Shown: positions 29,203-38,978 of the stretch, in pieces
Layout: every line of letters begins with the position of its first letter
Position numbering within the stretch: position 1 is the stretch's first letter
Assembly: GCA_029068165.1 (NCBI GenBank)
Contig: JAIEDA010000011.1
Coordinates: 58-64,057 of the forward strand
Direction of reading: 5' to 3'
From: Clostridia bacterium
GTDB lineage: Bacteria; Bacillota; Clostridia; Christensenellales; UBA3700
DNA: 64,000 bases
Position numbers and translations under genes: made by a program
The notes under the pieces: model-generated
Seen by the model: the letters and a program-made list of their open reading frames with translations, nothing else
Told to the model about the DNA's origin: nothing
The model's database searches: none

Positions 29203-29870
29203 GCACACACTGCCGCAGGTGCGGAGTAAACGTAGATAGCAACTTGCACAACTGTCCCCTTTGCGGAGCTTTCGTCAACGAGGAAAATTCAAACTCCGTC
29301 TACGAATATCCGCAAGTAAACGAAAAAACCAAACGAAGCTTGTTCTTCAAGATATGCGCCTTTCTTTCAGTCATCGTCCTTGCCGTAAACGTGGCTATAA
29401 ACGTAGCGGTCAACCGCACGGTTTCGTGGTCCATTCACGTGCTTTTCGGCTTGGCTTTGGTTTGGATAGCCGTAGGTCGCCCCGCGATAAAACGCTTCAA
29501 CGTTCGCAAATACTTGGCTTGGTGTTTCGTCGCCGTAATCGCGCTGCTCTTCTATATCAACGCTTGGACTGACAAACTTTCTACGCCTTGGGCGTTTACG
29601 CTCGGCGCGCCGATAGTCGTACTCACTTGGGCGACTGTACTAGAGATTTTGACGTTTGCCCACAAAGGCGGAAGAGGCAACTACCAAATAGAATTGACTA
29701 AGCTTTTCGTCTTTAGCGCTGTTTGTATCGCAATATCCTTTATATGGCTCAAAAAATGCGAATGGGGTTGGCTAGTGTGTACGGCGAGAGGTTTCGTCGA
29801 CGTACTTTCGCTTTCCTTCTTTGCAAAAGAAAAGTACTTCTCGGAGATGAAAAAACGTTTGCACGTTTAG
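29199..29870 (+). CDS. membrane protein with an N-terminal zinc ribbon
   Basis: It has CRRCGVNVDSNLHNCPLCG followed by 5-6 hydrophobic segments. The start overlaps the upstream stop (ATGA), implying translational coupling. Confidence 0.6.
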   Translation: MSTHCRRCGVNVDSNLHNCPLCGAFVNEENSNSVYEYPQVNEKTKRSLFFKICAFLSVIVLAVNVAINVAVNRTVSWSIHVLFGLALVWIAVGRPAIKRFNVRKYLAWCFVAVIALLFYINAWTDKLSTPWAFTLGAPIVVLTWATVLEILTFAHKGGRGNYQIELTKLFVFSAVCIAISFIWLKKCEWGWLVCTARGFVDVLSLSFFAKEKYFSEMKKRLHV

Positions 29871-30016
29871 GACTGTATCTATTCGCATCATCCTCTACTC
29901 AAGAGAACGTCAATTTCTTAAGAGAAATAGGAAGACTTGTTAGGACAATTAGACTTGTCTTATTTAGCGAATATTTAAACCAAAAATCTATTGAGCTAAT
30001 TTAATTAACTGAATAT

Positions 30017-30048
30017 AAAAAACGCGACCAAAACAGGTCGCGTTTTTC
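30017..30048. terminator. bidirectional terminator between convergent genes (29199-29870 and iolG)
   Basis: AAAAAACGCGACC aaaaca GGTCGCGTTTTT. Confidence 0.75.
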
Positions 30049-30066
30049 TATAAAATGATTATGGGA

Positions 30067-31077
30067 TTAGAGTATTTCGCTTAGCTTAACGGGTCTTCCG
30101 AGTTCCAACGACTTCTTAGCCGCTTTGCCGATTACTACGGCTTGCAGTCCGTCCTCTATGCTGACGGGTACAGGTTTGTCGCCAACGATACAGTCGATAA
30201 ACTGCGCCATCTCGTTTACGTACGCTTGCATATATCTCTCCAAGAAGAAGAGTAACGGCTTTTCAGCGGTTACGCCGTCGCAGTTGGAAATTACCGCGTT
30301 GGAAGCGCTGTCGTTGGAGATTGCGACTTGACCTAGCTCGCCGAACGCTTCGGCTCTTTGGTCGTAGCCGTAAGTCGCTCTACGGCAGTTGTCTATAACA
30401 GCCAAAGCTCCGCTCTTGAGTTTGAGCGTAATAATCGCGGTATCTATATCCCCCGCTTCGCCTATCGCTTTGTCGACCATAACTCCGCCCATAGCGAATA
30501 CGCTTTCTACTTCTTCGCCTGATAGATATCTCACCATATCGAAGTCGTGTATCGTCATATCCAAGAAAATGCCGCCGCTTACTTTTATGTAAGATACGGG
30601 AGGAGCTGCAGGATCTCTCGAACATATCTTCAAAACGTTGAGCGTACCGATCTTGCCGTTCTTGACGGCTTCTCTTACAGCCATAAAGTTGTGGTCGAAA
30701 CGGCGGTTGAAACCTACTTGATACTTGACTTTGCTCTTTGCGAGAGCTGCTTTGACTTCGTTGATTTTGTCAATATCGTGGTCGACGGGCTTTTCGCAAA
30801 ATACGTGCTTACCCGCCTTTATCGCCTCGATTGATATTTGCGCGTGCGTATCGGTGGACGAACATATTAGCACCGCGTCAATATTTTTATCGTTTAGAAT
30901 TTCGCGATAGTCTTTGGTTGTCTTTTCCACGCCCATATCCTTGAGCCACTTAGCAGTTTCGTCATTCATAAACGGGTCGGCAACGCTCTTGACCGTTGCG
31001 CCCTTTACGTAACACATAATTGATTCGCAGTGCACTTTGCCTATTCTTCCTGCGCCAATAATTCCTATATTTATCAT
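30067..31077 (-). CDS. iolG: inositol 2-dehydrogenase (Gfo/Idh/MocA family)
   Basis: The N-terminus is MINIGIIGAGRIGKVH. It is the last gene of the iol cluster. Confidence 0.8.
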   Translation of the reverse strand: MINIGIIGAGRIGKVHCESIMCYVKGATVKSVADPFMNDETAKWLKDMGVEKTTKDYREILNDKNIDAVLICSSTDTHAQISIEAIKAGKHVFCEKPVDHDIDKINEVKAALAKSKVKYQVGFNRRFDHNFMAVREAVKNGKIGTLNVLKICSRDPAAPPVSYIKVSGGIFLDMTIHDFDMVRYLSGEEVESVFAMGGVMVDKAIGEAGDIDTAIITLKLKSGALAVIDNCRRATYGYDQRAEAFGELGQVAISNDSASNAVISNCDGVTAEKPLLFFLERYMQAYVNEMAQFIDCIVGDKPVPVSIEDGLQAVVIGKAAKKSLELGRPVKLSEIL

Positions 31078-31275
31078 TTTCTTATACCTCTATAATTTGA
31101 TTTATTGTCGGTTGAGATTTCTTTGCTTATCACCGCTCTATTCCGCTTGAGCGAGTGGTAGAGCGCTGTGATTTTTGTCCGCGCGACGGCAACCGAGCAG
31201 TGAGCGTACTAGCCGTACGCGACCCCGAGGGCAACCTAGTCGTTAGGGCAAAAAGCGCTACGCTATACGCGCTCT

Positions 31276-32784
31276 CTAGATAGTTCCATCCCAAGTGGAT
31301 ACTTTTGTAGACTTTGCTTCGTGCTCGTCAAACCAGTGCGTGGTGACGGTCTTGCTGTCGGTGTAGAACTTGAAGCTATCTCTTCCAAGACAGTGCAAAT
31401 CGCCAAAGAAAGAGTACTTGTGACCAGTAAAGGAGAATACGCCTACGGGTACGGGTATGCCAACGTTTACGCCGACCATACCGCCGTGGGTGTTGCGTAC
31501 AAACTCTCTAGCGTAGTAACCGTTTTGAGTATATATAACTGAACCGTTTGCAAACGGATTGGCGTTCATAACCGCCAAGCCTTCCTCAAAGTTTTTAACT
31601 CTCTTGATACAAAGCACAGGACCGAAAATCTCTCTCGTACCTACGCTCATCTCGGAAGTTACGTTATCCAAAATCGTCGGAGCGAGATAGAAGCCGTTTT
31701 CGTAACCTTTAACTTTTACGTTCCTGCCGTCAAGAATAACTTTCGCGCCCTCGTCAATGCCCTTTTGTATCCAATCGCTTACGCTCTTTTTATGCTCCGC
31801 GCTGTATACCGGACCTAAGCCCGTGGTCTTATCGTAAGCCGGTCCTACTTTTACTTTCTTTGCGAGCGCGACTAGCTTCTCAACGAGCTTATCGGCAATA
31901 CTTTCCTGAACTACTACTACCGGCAAAGCCATACATCTTTCGCCCGCGCAGCCGTAAGAAGCGTTGATTATACCTGCAGCCGTTCTGTCGAGAGCGGCGT
32001 CCTCGAGAACCAAAGCGTGGTTCTTAGCTTCGCAAAGACACTGTACTCTCTTGCCGTACTTTGCTGCCGTTTCGTAGATATATCTACCTACGCTCGTCGA
32101 GCCGACGAAAGTTATGCCCACTACTTTGTCGTTGGAGATTAGTTCTTGAGTATCGTTTCTATCGCAGCTTACGATATTAAGTACGCCGTCGGGAAGTCCC
32201 GCTTCCTTGTAAAGCTCAGCAATTCTAAGCGACGTCATAGGAGTAGCGCCCGCAACTTTGAGTACGATTGCATTGCCGCAAGCGATACATACGGGAGCCA
32301 TCCAGCCCATCGGTATCATTGCTGGGAAATTGAACGGCGCAATGCCTACGAATACGCCCATCGACTCGCGATACAGCACGGTGTCGTAACCGTTTGACGC
32401 GTCCATTAGGCTCTCGCCTTGAAGAAGCGACGGCATCGAACAAGCGAGCTCGGTTCCCTCCTTCGCCTTGAGGATATCGCCTTTGCTCTCTTCCCAGTTC
32501 TTGCCGTGTTCGGTCGCGCAAAGCTCGGTCAGCTCGTCCATATGCTCGATAAGCAAATCCCTAACTTTGTAAAGTATTTGCACTCTCTTGATTACGGGTA
32601 CTTTCGACCATTTCTCGTACGCCGAATGAGCGTTTTCGATTACTGTCTTGACTTCCGCCGTCGTACAGCGAGGCATTTGAGCTATTTGCTCGCCCGTAGA
32701 CGGATTAAATACGGGATAAAACTTATCCGTAGAGGACTTCACGAATTGATTGTTCGTAAAATATCCGAGTGTCTTAATTGCCAT
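31276..32784 (-). CDS. iolA: methylmalonate-semialdehyde dehydrogenase (CoA-acylating)
   Basis: 502-aa ALDH fold with catalytic Cys region GERCMALPVVVV. The iol operon context supports the call. Confidence 0.8.
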   Translation of the reverse strand: MAIKTLGYFTNNQFVKSSTDKFYPVFNPSTGEQIAQMPRCTTAEVKTVIENAHSAYEKWSKVPVIKRVQILYKVRDLLIEHMDELTELCATEHGKNWEESKGDILKAKEGTELACSMPSLLQGESLMDASNGYDTVLYRESMGVFVGIAPFNFPAMIPMGWMAPVCIACGNAIVLKVAGATPMTSLRIAELYKEAGLPDGVLNIVSCDRNDTQELISNDKVVGITFVGSTSVGRYIYETAAKYGKRVQCLCEAKNHALVLEDAALDRTAAGIINASYGCAGERCMALPVVVVQESIADKLVEKLVALAKKVKVGPAYDKTTGLGPVYSAEHKKSVSDWIQKGIDEGAKVILDGRNVKVKGYENGFYLAPTILDNVTSEMSVGTREIFGPVLCIKRVKNFEEGLAVMNANPFANGSVIYTQNGYYAREFVRNTHGGMVGVNVGIPVPVGVFSFTGHKYSFFGDLHCLGRDSFKFYTDSKTVTTHWFDEHEAKSTKVSTWDGTI

Positions 32785-32911
32785 AAATATTTCTCCTTTC
32801 CTTATAAAACTCGTTTGGTTTTTCTCGTTTATATGTTTTTACGTTTTTATATTTGGCGTCGCTTTCCCTGTAGGACTTGCGCGCTTTATATTTTGCTGCG
32901 ATAGACGCAAC

Positions 32912-33805
32912 TTATATCTTCGCTTTTTCGGCTATGTATTTTCTTGCTTTAATAGCGTATTCAAGCGGATTTGCTTTCGCGGGGTCTTGCTCGGCTTCCA
33001 CGATCATCCAACCCTCGTATCCGCTCTTATCCAAGATATCGAATATCGGAGCAAAATCTATACAGCCGTCGCCTGGGACGGTAAACGCGCCCTCTCTCAC
33101 GCCTTGCAAGAAAGATAGCTTTTCTCTCTTGACCTTTTCCACGACGTTAGGACGGATATCCTTGAGGTGCACGTGCTTAACCCTATTTGCGTGCTTTTTG
33201 AGTACCGCCAAATAGTCCTCTCCGCAGTACGCTAAATGACCGCTGTCAAATAGCAGCGAAAACTTGTTCGCGTCGGTCATATCCATCATCTTATCCACTT
33301 CGTCAGCCGTTTGAACTACCGTACCCATATGATGGTGATATACCAAATTCATTCCCATTGAATTGGCTATCTCGCCCAACCTGTTCATACCCTTGGCAAA
33401 CTTCTCCCACTCTTTCCCGTTCATAACGTATTTGTTTTCAAACACGGGAGTGTTCATTTGTCCCTGTATGCTGTAGCTTTGCTCGGAAGCGCCTATAGTC
33501 TTTGCGCCTACGGCTTTGAGAAAATTGCATTGAGCGATAAAGTCTTTCTCGACTTCTTGCATATCCTTAGTCAAAGTGAAAGACGAAAACCATTGGTTTG
33601 CTATCGTCAAACCTCTCAAGTCCAAAGCTTTCTTTAGAGCAGCGGCGTCTTTGGGATACTTGTTGCCCACTTCGCAACCGGTAAAGCCGGCTAAAGCCAT
33701 TTCGCTTACGCACTGCTCAAACGTATTTTCGCTACCCAAGTCGGGCATATCGTCGTTTGTCCAAGCAATCGGCGCAATGCCGAGTTTTATTTTACTCTTG
33801 TCCAT
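32912..33805 (-). CDS. iolE: myo-inosose-2 dehydratase
   Basis: 297 aa. It has the IolE-type N-terminus KLGIAPIAWTNDDMPDLG on a xylose-isomerase-like TIM barrel. Confidence 0.85.
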   Translation of the reverse strand: MDKSKIKLGIAPIAWTNDDMPDLGSENTFEQCVSEMALAGFTGCEVGNKYPKDAAALKKALDLRGLTIANQWFSSFTLTKDMQEVEKDFIAQCNFLKAVGAKTIGASEQSYSIQGQMNTPVFENKYVMNGKEWEKFAKGMNRLGEIANSMGMNLVYHHHMGTVVQTADEVDKMMDMTDANKFSLLFDSGHLAYCGEDYLAVLKKHANRVKHVHLKDIRPNVVEKVKREKLSFLQGVREGAFTVPGDGCIDFAPIFDILDKSGYEGWMIVEAEQDPAKANPLEYAIKARKYIAEKAKI

Positions 33806-33932
33806 AGTTCAACCTCGTATGTTGTTTTTTTATAAGTTCCGCCGTACTTGGCGTCGTTTACTTTACTTGTATAATCCTTACAGTCATTCCAAGAAACAGC
33901 AACATTACTAAATTTGTAGTTGCGATACGGTA

Positions 33933-35846
33933 TTAATACTTTCTCGCTTTTTTAAGCATATCCTTTCTATTTTCCAATGCCTGCTTGCCTCTCTCGCTAC
34001 GCGGGTTTTGGCTGCAACCCACGTGCCACCAACCGTCGTAACCGTGGGTCATAGACTTCGGCAATACTTTAATATCTATTAGCGTGGAAGTAGACTGTTT
34101 AAGACTGTCTTTCAACGCTTCTCTCAACTCGCTCTCGTTACGAGCGGTATAAGTAACGAAACCGTATCCCCTTGCGCTCATAGCGTAGTCTATATTCATA
34201 AACTTGCCCTCTCTTATCGGCTTGTCGCCGTCGCGATAGCGAAGTTCAGTACAAAGCGAATCTACGCCTTGATCCATTTGAAGATTGTTTATACAGCCGA
34301 AAGAGGCATTGTCGAAAAGCAAAACGTTGATTTTAATTCCCTCTTGAAGAGCGGTTATCATCTCGGTATGCAACATCAAATAACTGCCGTCGCCCACCAT
34401 CGCGTAAACCTCTCTATCTGAGCAAGCCATTTTACTGCCTAGCGTTCCCGCTATCTCGTAACCCATACAGGAATAGCCGTATTCCATATTGTAGCTGTCC
34501 TTGCAATCGCTCGTCCACATTCGCTGTAAATCTCCAGGCAAGCTTCCTGCCGAACCTACTATGATAGCGTTTTCGGGAATGACTTCTCTTATTATCCCGA
34601 TAGCCGTAGTTTGCGCCATAGCTTCGCCGTGCGACTTGAGAAAGTCTTCTACGACTTTAGGCATATATGCGCCTATCTCGGGGGAATAACCCTTGCCCAC
34701 GCTTATATGGGTAAGCCTATCCATTTCCTTATCCCAGTCGGCTTTTGCCTTTGCAATTTCGTCTTTATAACCCGTCTTGTATCCGCTCAACATCTTGTCA
34801 AGAGCGATTATTCCAACTTTAGCGTCGCCGACGGCTTTGACCGCGTCGAGTTTGGACGCATGGAAATCAGACGCGTTGAGAGTGACGACCTTTTTATCGG
34901 CGTACAGCGACTTTGAAGCTGTCGTAAAGTCGGTAAATCTCGTACCTACGGCAATAATAAGATCGCAATCTTTCGCCAAAGTATTTGCCGAGCTATTACC
35001 CGTAACACCAAGTCCGCCCACGTTGAGCGGATGCGAAGATTTAATAGCCGTCTTGCCAGCTTGCGTTTCGCAAAACGGTATATTGTGGTTTTCGCAAAAA
35101 CTTGCGACCGACTCTCCCGCTTCGCTGTATTTTACACCGCCGCCTACTATGAGAAGCGGCTTTTTGCTCGCTTTGATTTCTCGCGCCAAATCGTTGAGTT
35201 CGTCGTCGGCAGGCACGGAACGGGATATTCTAGTAACTCTCTTCTTGAAAAATTCATCGGGGAAATCGTAAATCTCGCCTTGCACGTCTTGCGGCATAGC
35301 TATCGCCACCGCGCCCGTATGCGCAGGATCTAGCAATACTCTTATAGCGTTGACGAGCGCGCTCATAAGCATTTCGGGACGCGATACCCTGTCAAAGTAT
35401 CTCGTAACTGCTTTGAAAGCGTCGTTGGTAGTAACCAATGCGCTGTAAGTCTGTTCGATTTGCTGAAGCACGGGGTCGGGCTGCCTAGTAGCAAAGGTAT
35501 CGCCCACGAACAAAAGCAACGGAATATTGTTGGCGGTCGCGGTACCCGCCGCCGTAACCATATTCGCAGCGCCCGGACCTATAGAAGATACGCAAGGTAA
35601 AATCTTGCGCCTGTTGTTTTGTTTGGCGTACGCGATCGCCGCCTGCGCCATACCTTGCTCGTTTTTACCTTGATAAACTTTTAAAGAATGTTTACCCATA
35701 GACAAAGCTTCGCCTATACCCAATACGCAACCGTGTCCGAATATAGTAAAAACTCCCTCTACGAGCTTGCTCTCTTCTCCGTCAAAACTCACGTATTGAC
35801 TGTCTAAAAATTTTACTACGGCTTCGCCGACTGTAATTTTACTCAT
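33933..35846 (-). CDS. iolD: 3D-(3,5/4)-trihydroxycyclohexane-1,2-dione acylhydrolase (ThDP enzyme)
   Basis: 637 aa. ThDP-binding region GDGSYLMLHTEMITALQ. The iol context supports the call. Confidence 0.85.
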   Translation of the reverse strand: MSKITVGEAVVKFLDSQYVSFDGEESKLVEGVFTIFGHGCVLGIGEALSMGKHSLKVYQGKNEQGMAQAAIAYAKQNNRRKILPCVSSIGPGAANMVTAAGTATANNIPLLLFVGDTFATRQPDPVLQQIEQTYSALVTTNDAFKAVTRYFDRVSRPEMLMSALVNAIRVLLDPAHTGAVAIAMPQDVQGEIYDFPDEFFKKRVTRISRSVPADDELNDLAREIKASKKPLLIVGGGVKYSEAGESVASFCENHNIPFCETQAGKTAIKSSHPLNVGGLGVTGNSSANTLAKDCDLIIAVGTRFTDFTTASKSLYADKKVVTLNASDFHASKLDAVKAVGDAKVGIIALDKMLSGYKTGYKDEIAKAKADWDKEMDRLTHISVGKGYSPEIGAYMPKVVEDFLKSHGEAMAQTTAIGIIREVIPENAIIVGSAGSLPGDLQRMWTSDCKDSYNMEYGYSCMGYEIAGTLGSKMACSDREVYAMVGDGSYLMLHTEMITALQEGIKINVLLFDNASFGCINNLQMDQGVDSLCTELRYRDGDKPIREGKFMNIDYAMSARGYGFVTYTARNESELREALKDSLKQSTSTLIDIKVLPKSMTHGYDGWWHVGCSQNPRSERGKQALENRKDMLKKARKY

Positions 35847-35904
35847 ATCTTCTCCCTATTTTTTTTGTTAATTTCTATCAACTGATATTATACGCAGTCG
35901 CGGT

Positions 35905-36675
35905 CTATTTTTCCCAATAAGCATACCTTGGATCTACGATCCTCGTCTTATCCCACGGATTTCCGTCCAAGTGGCGTATCATCCAGCAACAGTACATAGG
36001 ATAACCGGGGGCGGTAACTTGAACGTGAGTCTTTCCGCCGGGGAAACAACCTACGCTGCCGTCGATGATTGTGTGCGGTTCCATTTCGCCGATAAAGCAA
36101 GCTCCAAACGCTTCAGGCGTAGGCATCTTGTAGTAATATACTTCAGGTTGCGGGTGCGAATGAGGTAGATAGCTCCACCACCTGCCCTGCCGAGCCAATA
36201 CTTCGCCTACTACGAGATTTGAGTAAGGCGCGTTGGAATAATCGAAAATCGTATTCACGTCTCTTACCGCCGTATTCTCCCAAAGTCCTTCGCAAGATAC
36301 GCTGACTATTACGTCCTTCTTGTCGTAAAATTTCGTCGGAAAAGTACGCTCGTTGAGCGTAGCAAGATAAATTATTTCACTGTCCTCAACAGCCTTAACT
36401 ACGAGCGTGTTCCCCTTGCATACGTGCATACAAATCGGCAAATCGTCGAAAACTCCGCTCCTTGCGCCTTTTCCCACCGTTTCGCCGCAGCTCATCTCAA
36501 CTTCGCCCTCGGTAAGAAGTACGCACATCTCTTTTTGCTTTTCACTGTACGTTACGCTCTCGCCCTTGGCAAGCTTTACGACGAGGATATCCATAAGCAT
36601 ATCCTTGTTTTTACCGTCTATCTTTGTAAGCGTTTTTACGCCTTTTTTATTGAATTTAGGATAACCGAACGACAT
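35905..36675 (-). CDS. iolB: 5-deoxy-glucuronate isomerase
   Basis: 256-aa cupin-like protein. It sits between iolC and iolD as in characterised iol operons. Confidence 0.8.
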   Translation of the reverse strand: MSFGYPKFNKKGVKTLTKIDGKNKDMLMDILVVKLAKGESVTYSEKQKEMCVLLTEGEVEMSCGETVGKGARSGVFDDLPICMHVCKGNTLVVKAVEDSEIIYLATLNERTFPTKFYDKKDVIVSVSCEGLWENTAVRDVNTIFDYSNAPYSNLVVGEVLARQGRWWSYLPHSHPQPEVYYYKMPTPEAFGACFIGEMEPHTIIDGSVGCFPGGKTHVQVTAPGYPMYCCWMIRHLDGNPWDKTRIVDPRYAYWEK

Positions 36676-36738
36676 TACGTCACCTCCAATCTTCGTTATA
36701 CTTTATATGCTAATTAAGCCTTTTATTTGCAAGAAAAA

Positions 36739-37755
36739 TTATCCTCTCGCTATCATTTCGCCAAACTGTTTTTTCTCGTCCGCAATGAACTTTTCAAGTT
36801 CCTTGACCGTCGGCATAAACTCCGAACAGCCGTGCGCCGAAACGAGCATCGAAGCGGAAGCCGATCCGAGTTCCAAGCAGTCCATTATGTCTTTGCCCTC
36901 AAACATTCCGTACAAGAACGCCGAGCCGTAGCCGTCGCCGCCGCCGAAAGACTTGAACGCCGTCACGGGGAAAGGCTTAATATCGTACTTTTGTCCGTCA
37001 AACGTGTGCGCCGTGCTGCCCTTTTTGCCGTGCTTTATGATGACGATTTTGGCTTTTTGAGAGAACCAATATTTCGCCGTTTGTTCGTCGTCCATATCGG
37101 GCGCGAAAATCGCCTGAGTTAGGTCGTACTCCTCGCGAGAACCCATAATTATATCCGCGTGTTCCGCAACCGCCGTGTAGTATACCGCGATTTCGTCCTT
37201 GCTCTTCCAGTTGTACGCCCTATAATCTATGTCGAAAATTACTTTCGTATTGTTTTTTCCGGCAAGCTGAACTGCTTTTAAGCACGCCTCTCTAGAAGGA
37301 CTTTGCGCAAGAGCCGTCCCCGAAATAAGTATCGCTTTAGCGCTTGCTATATACTCCTCGTCTACGTCTTTGGGATCGAGCATAAGGTCGGCAACGCCGT
37401 CGCGGTACATCAAAATACTGCTCTCGGTGGGCGAAAGAATCTCTGTGAACGTCAAGCCAAGCTTCTCGCCGTTTTGCGCTCTCGTAACCCTCGATACGTC
37501 AATACCTTCTTTTGCAAAAAAGTCGGTGACGTAATCGCCGAATTGGTCGTCCGATACCTTGCCGATAAAGCCTACCTTCTTGCCAAGTCTAGCCAAGCCT
37601 ACCGCTACGTTAGCGGGTGAACCGCCCAAATATTTGCGATATTGCGCGCTTTCGGACAACGGCTTAAAATAGTCGAGCGGATTGAAATCTATCGCTATTC
37701 TACCTACCGCTATCAAATCGAGTTTTCTATCCTTTTCAAAAGTTACGTATTGCAT
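36739..37755 (-). CDS. iolC: 5-dehydro-2-deoxygluconokinase (PfkB family)
   Basis: PfkB motifs DLIAVGRIAIDF and GGGDGYGSAFLYG. 338 aa. Confidence 0.85.
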   Translation of the reverse strand: MQYVTFEKDRKLDLIAVGRIAIDFNPLDYFKPLSESAQYRKYLGGSPANVAVGLARLGKKVGFIGKVSDDQFGDYVTDFFAKEGIDVSRVTRAQNGEKLGLTFTEILSPTESSILMYRDGVADLMLDPKDVDEEYIASAKAILISGTALAQSPSREACLKAVQLAGKNNTKVIFDIDYRAYNWKSKDEIAVYYTAVAEHADIIMGSREEYDLTQAIFAPDMDDEQTAKYWFSQKAKIVIIKHGKKGSTAHTFDGQKYDIKPFPVTAFKSFGGGDGYGSAFLYGMFEGKDIMDCLELGSASASMLVSAHGCSEFMPTVKELEKFIADEKKQFGEMIARG

Positions 37756-37806
37756 TTTCTACCTCTTTTACCGTTATTATTGATATAAATAAATTTTGTT
37801 GTTGAT

Positions 37807-38637
37807 TTACTTCGTCGGCTGACACAGCTTGATTATTCCAGCCGCCGCCTCTTGTACCGCTTCAATAGCGTATGGCAAATACGTCTTTGGATCGTAAGTC
37901 GCATCTTTGCTCTCCAAGCCCTTTTTTAGTCCTTTGGTAAACGCTTGCCTTAGATGCGTCGCAAAGTTAATCTTGCTTATGCCCGCTTTAATACACCCGC
38001 GAATGACTTCGTCGGAAAGTCCGCTCGCTCCGTGCAGTACCAACGGAATATCCACTGCGTCGGCGATTTCTTCTATCCTGTCGATTGCGATATGCGGCGT
38101 ACCTTTATATACTCCGTGCGCAGTCCCGACTCCTATTGCCAAACTATCCACGCCCGTTAGTTCCACAAACTTGACCGCCTCGTCAACTTCAGTATATTTT
38201 ATTTGTCCTTCGGTTTCTTCCTTGCCGCCGATCGTACCGAGTTCCGCCTCAACGCTAACTCCGCTAGCGTGAGCCAAATCGACGACTTTTTTCGTCAATT
38301 CTACGTTTTTATCAAACTCAAGCATAGACCCGTCAATCATAACCGACGTATATCCCGCGTCAATGCAATCTTTGCATATTTGCAAATCGCCGCCGTGATC
38401 TAGATGAATGGAAATATCCGCGCCGCCCTTGTAATTCGCCCTAACGAGCGAAGAGTAAGTAGCCACGCCTCCGTACTTCAACGTACGCGGAATAGTTTGA
38501 ATAATAATGGGACTGGATAAAAAACTAGCGGCTTTAAGCACGCCCAAAACGCTCTCGAGATTGTCTACGTTAAAAGCCGGAACGGCGTAGCCTTCCTTCT
38601 TTGCCTTTATCAACAACTCGCTGTTGCTAACAATCAT
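37807..38637 (-). CDS. iolJ: class II aldolase, 6-phospho-5-dehydro-2-deoxy-D-gluconate aldolase-like
   Basis: Class II FBA family motifs HLDHG and LVLHGASG. It is the first gene of the iol operon. Confidence 0.75.
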   Translation of the reverse strand: MIVSNSELLIKAKKEGYAVPAFNVDNLESVLGVLKAASFLSSPIIIQTIPRTLKYGGVATYSSLVRANYKGGADISIHLDHGGDLQICKDCIDAGYTSVMIDGSMLEFDKNVELTKKVVDLAHASGVSVEAELGTIGGKEETEGQIKYTEVDEAVKFVELTGVDSLAIGVGTAHGVYKGTPHIAIDRIEEIADAVDIPLVLHGASGLSDEVIRGCIKAGISKINFATHLRQAFTKGLKKGLESKDATYDPKTYLPYAIEAVQEAAAGIIKLCQPTK

Positions 38638-38671
38638 ATTTGATTTCTCCCAAAATCATATTTATATTGTT

Positions 38672-38700
38672 ATTATACTATCGCGATGGTGTGTTGTCAA
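38672..38700 (-). promoter_or_regulatory. consensus sigma-70 promoter of the iol operon
   Basis: The minus strand reads TTGACA (38695-38700), a 17-nt spacer, then TATAAT (38672-38677). Confidence 0.65.
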
Positions 38701-38782
38701 TATCTCTATCAAAAATTTTTACCACTTTCGCCATAAAAATCGCTTAGCTGAAAATCATAGAAAATGCCCGTTTAGCCCTAAT

Positions 38783-38814
38783 AAAAAGGCAAAAATCAAC
38801 GATTTTTGCCTTTT
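38783..38814 (-). terminator. terminator closing the polysaccharide locus
   Basis: 10-bp stem GGCAAAAATC / GATTTTTGCC with a 3-nt loop, flanked by A5 and T4. Confidence 0.7.
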
Positions 38815-38978
38815 AACCTATATTTTAAGACCTTTTCTCACCTCTAGTGATAACCATTTTGTCCATAATTTTCAATATTGTCCATAAATACAATTCTCAA
38901 AGAAAAATTACGATAATTATTCGCCTTTATCTTCTTCCTGCGAATCTTTTATTTCAATCAATTATTTGAGAATTTTAT

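Noticed and set aside
38624-38887. 87-aa plus-strand ORF in the gap between the iol operon and rfbC
   Set aside because: It covers the iol promoter and the polysaccharide-locus terminator. It has no RBS and an implausible composition.
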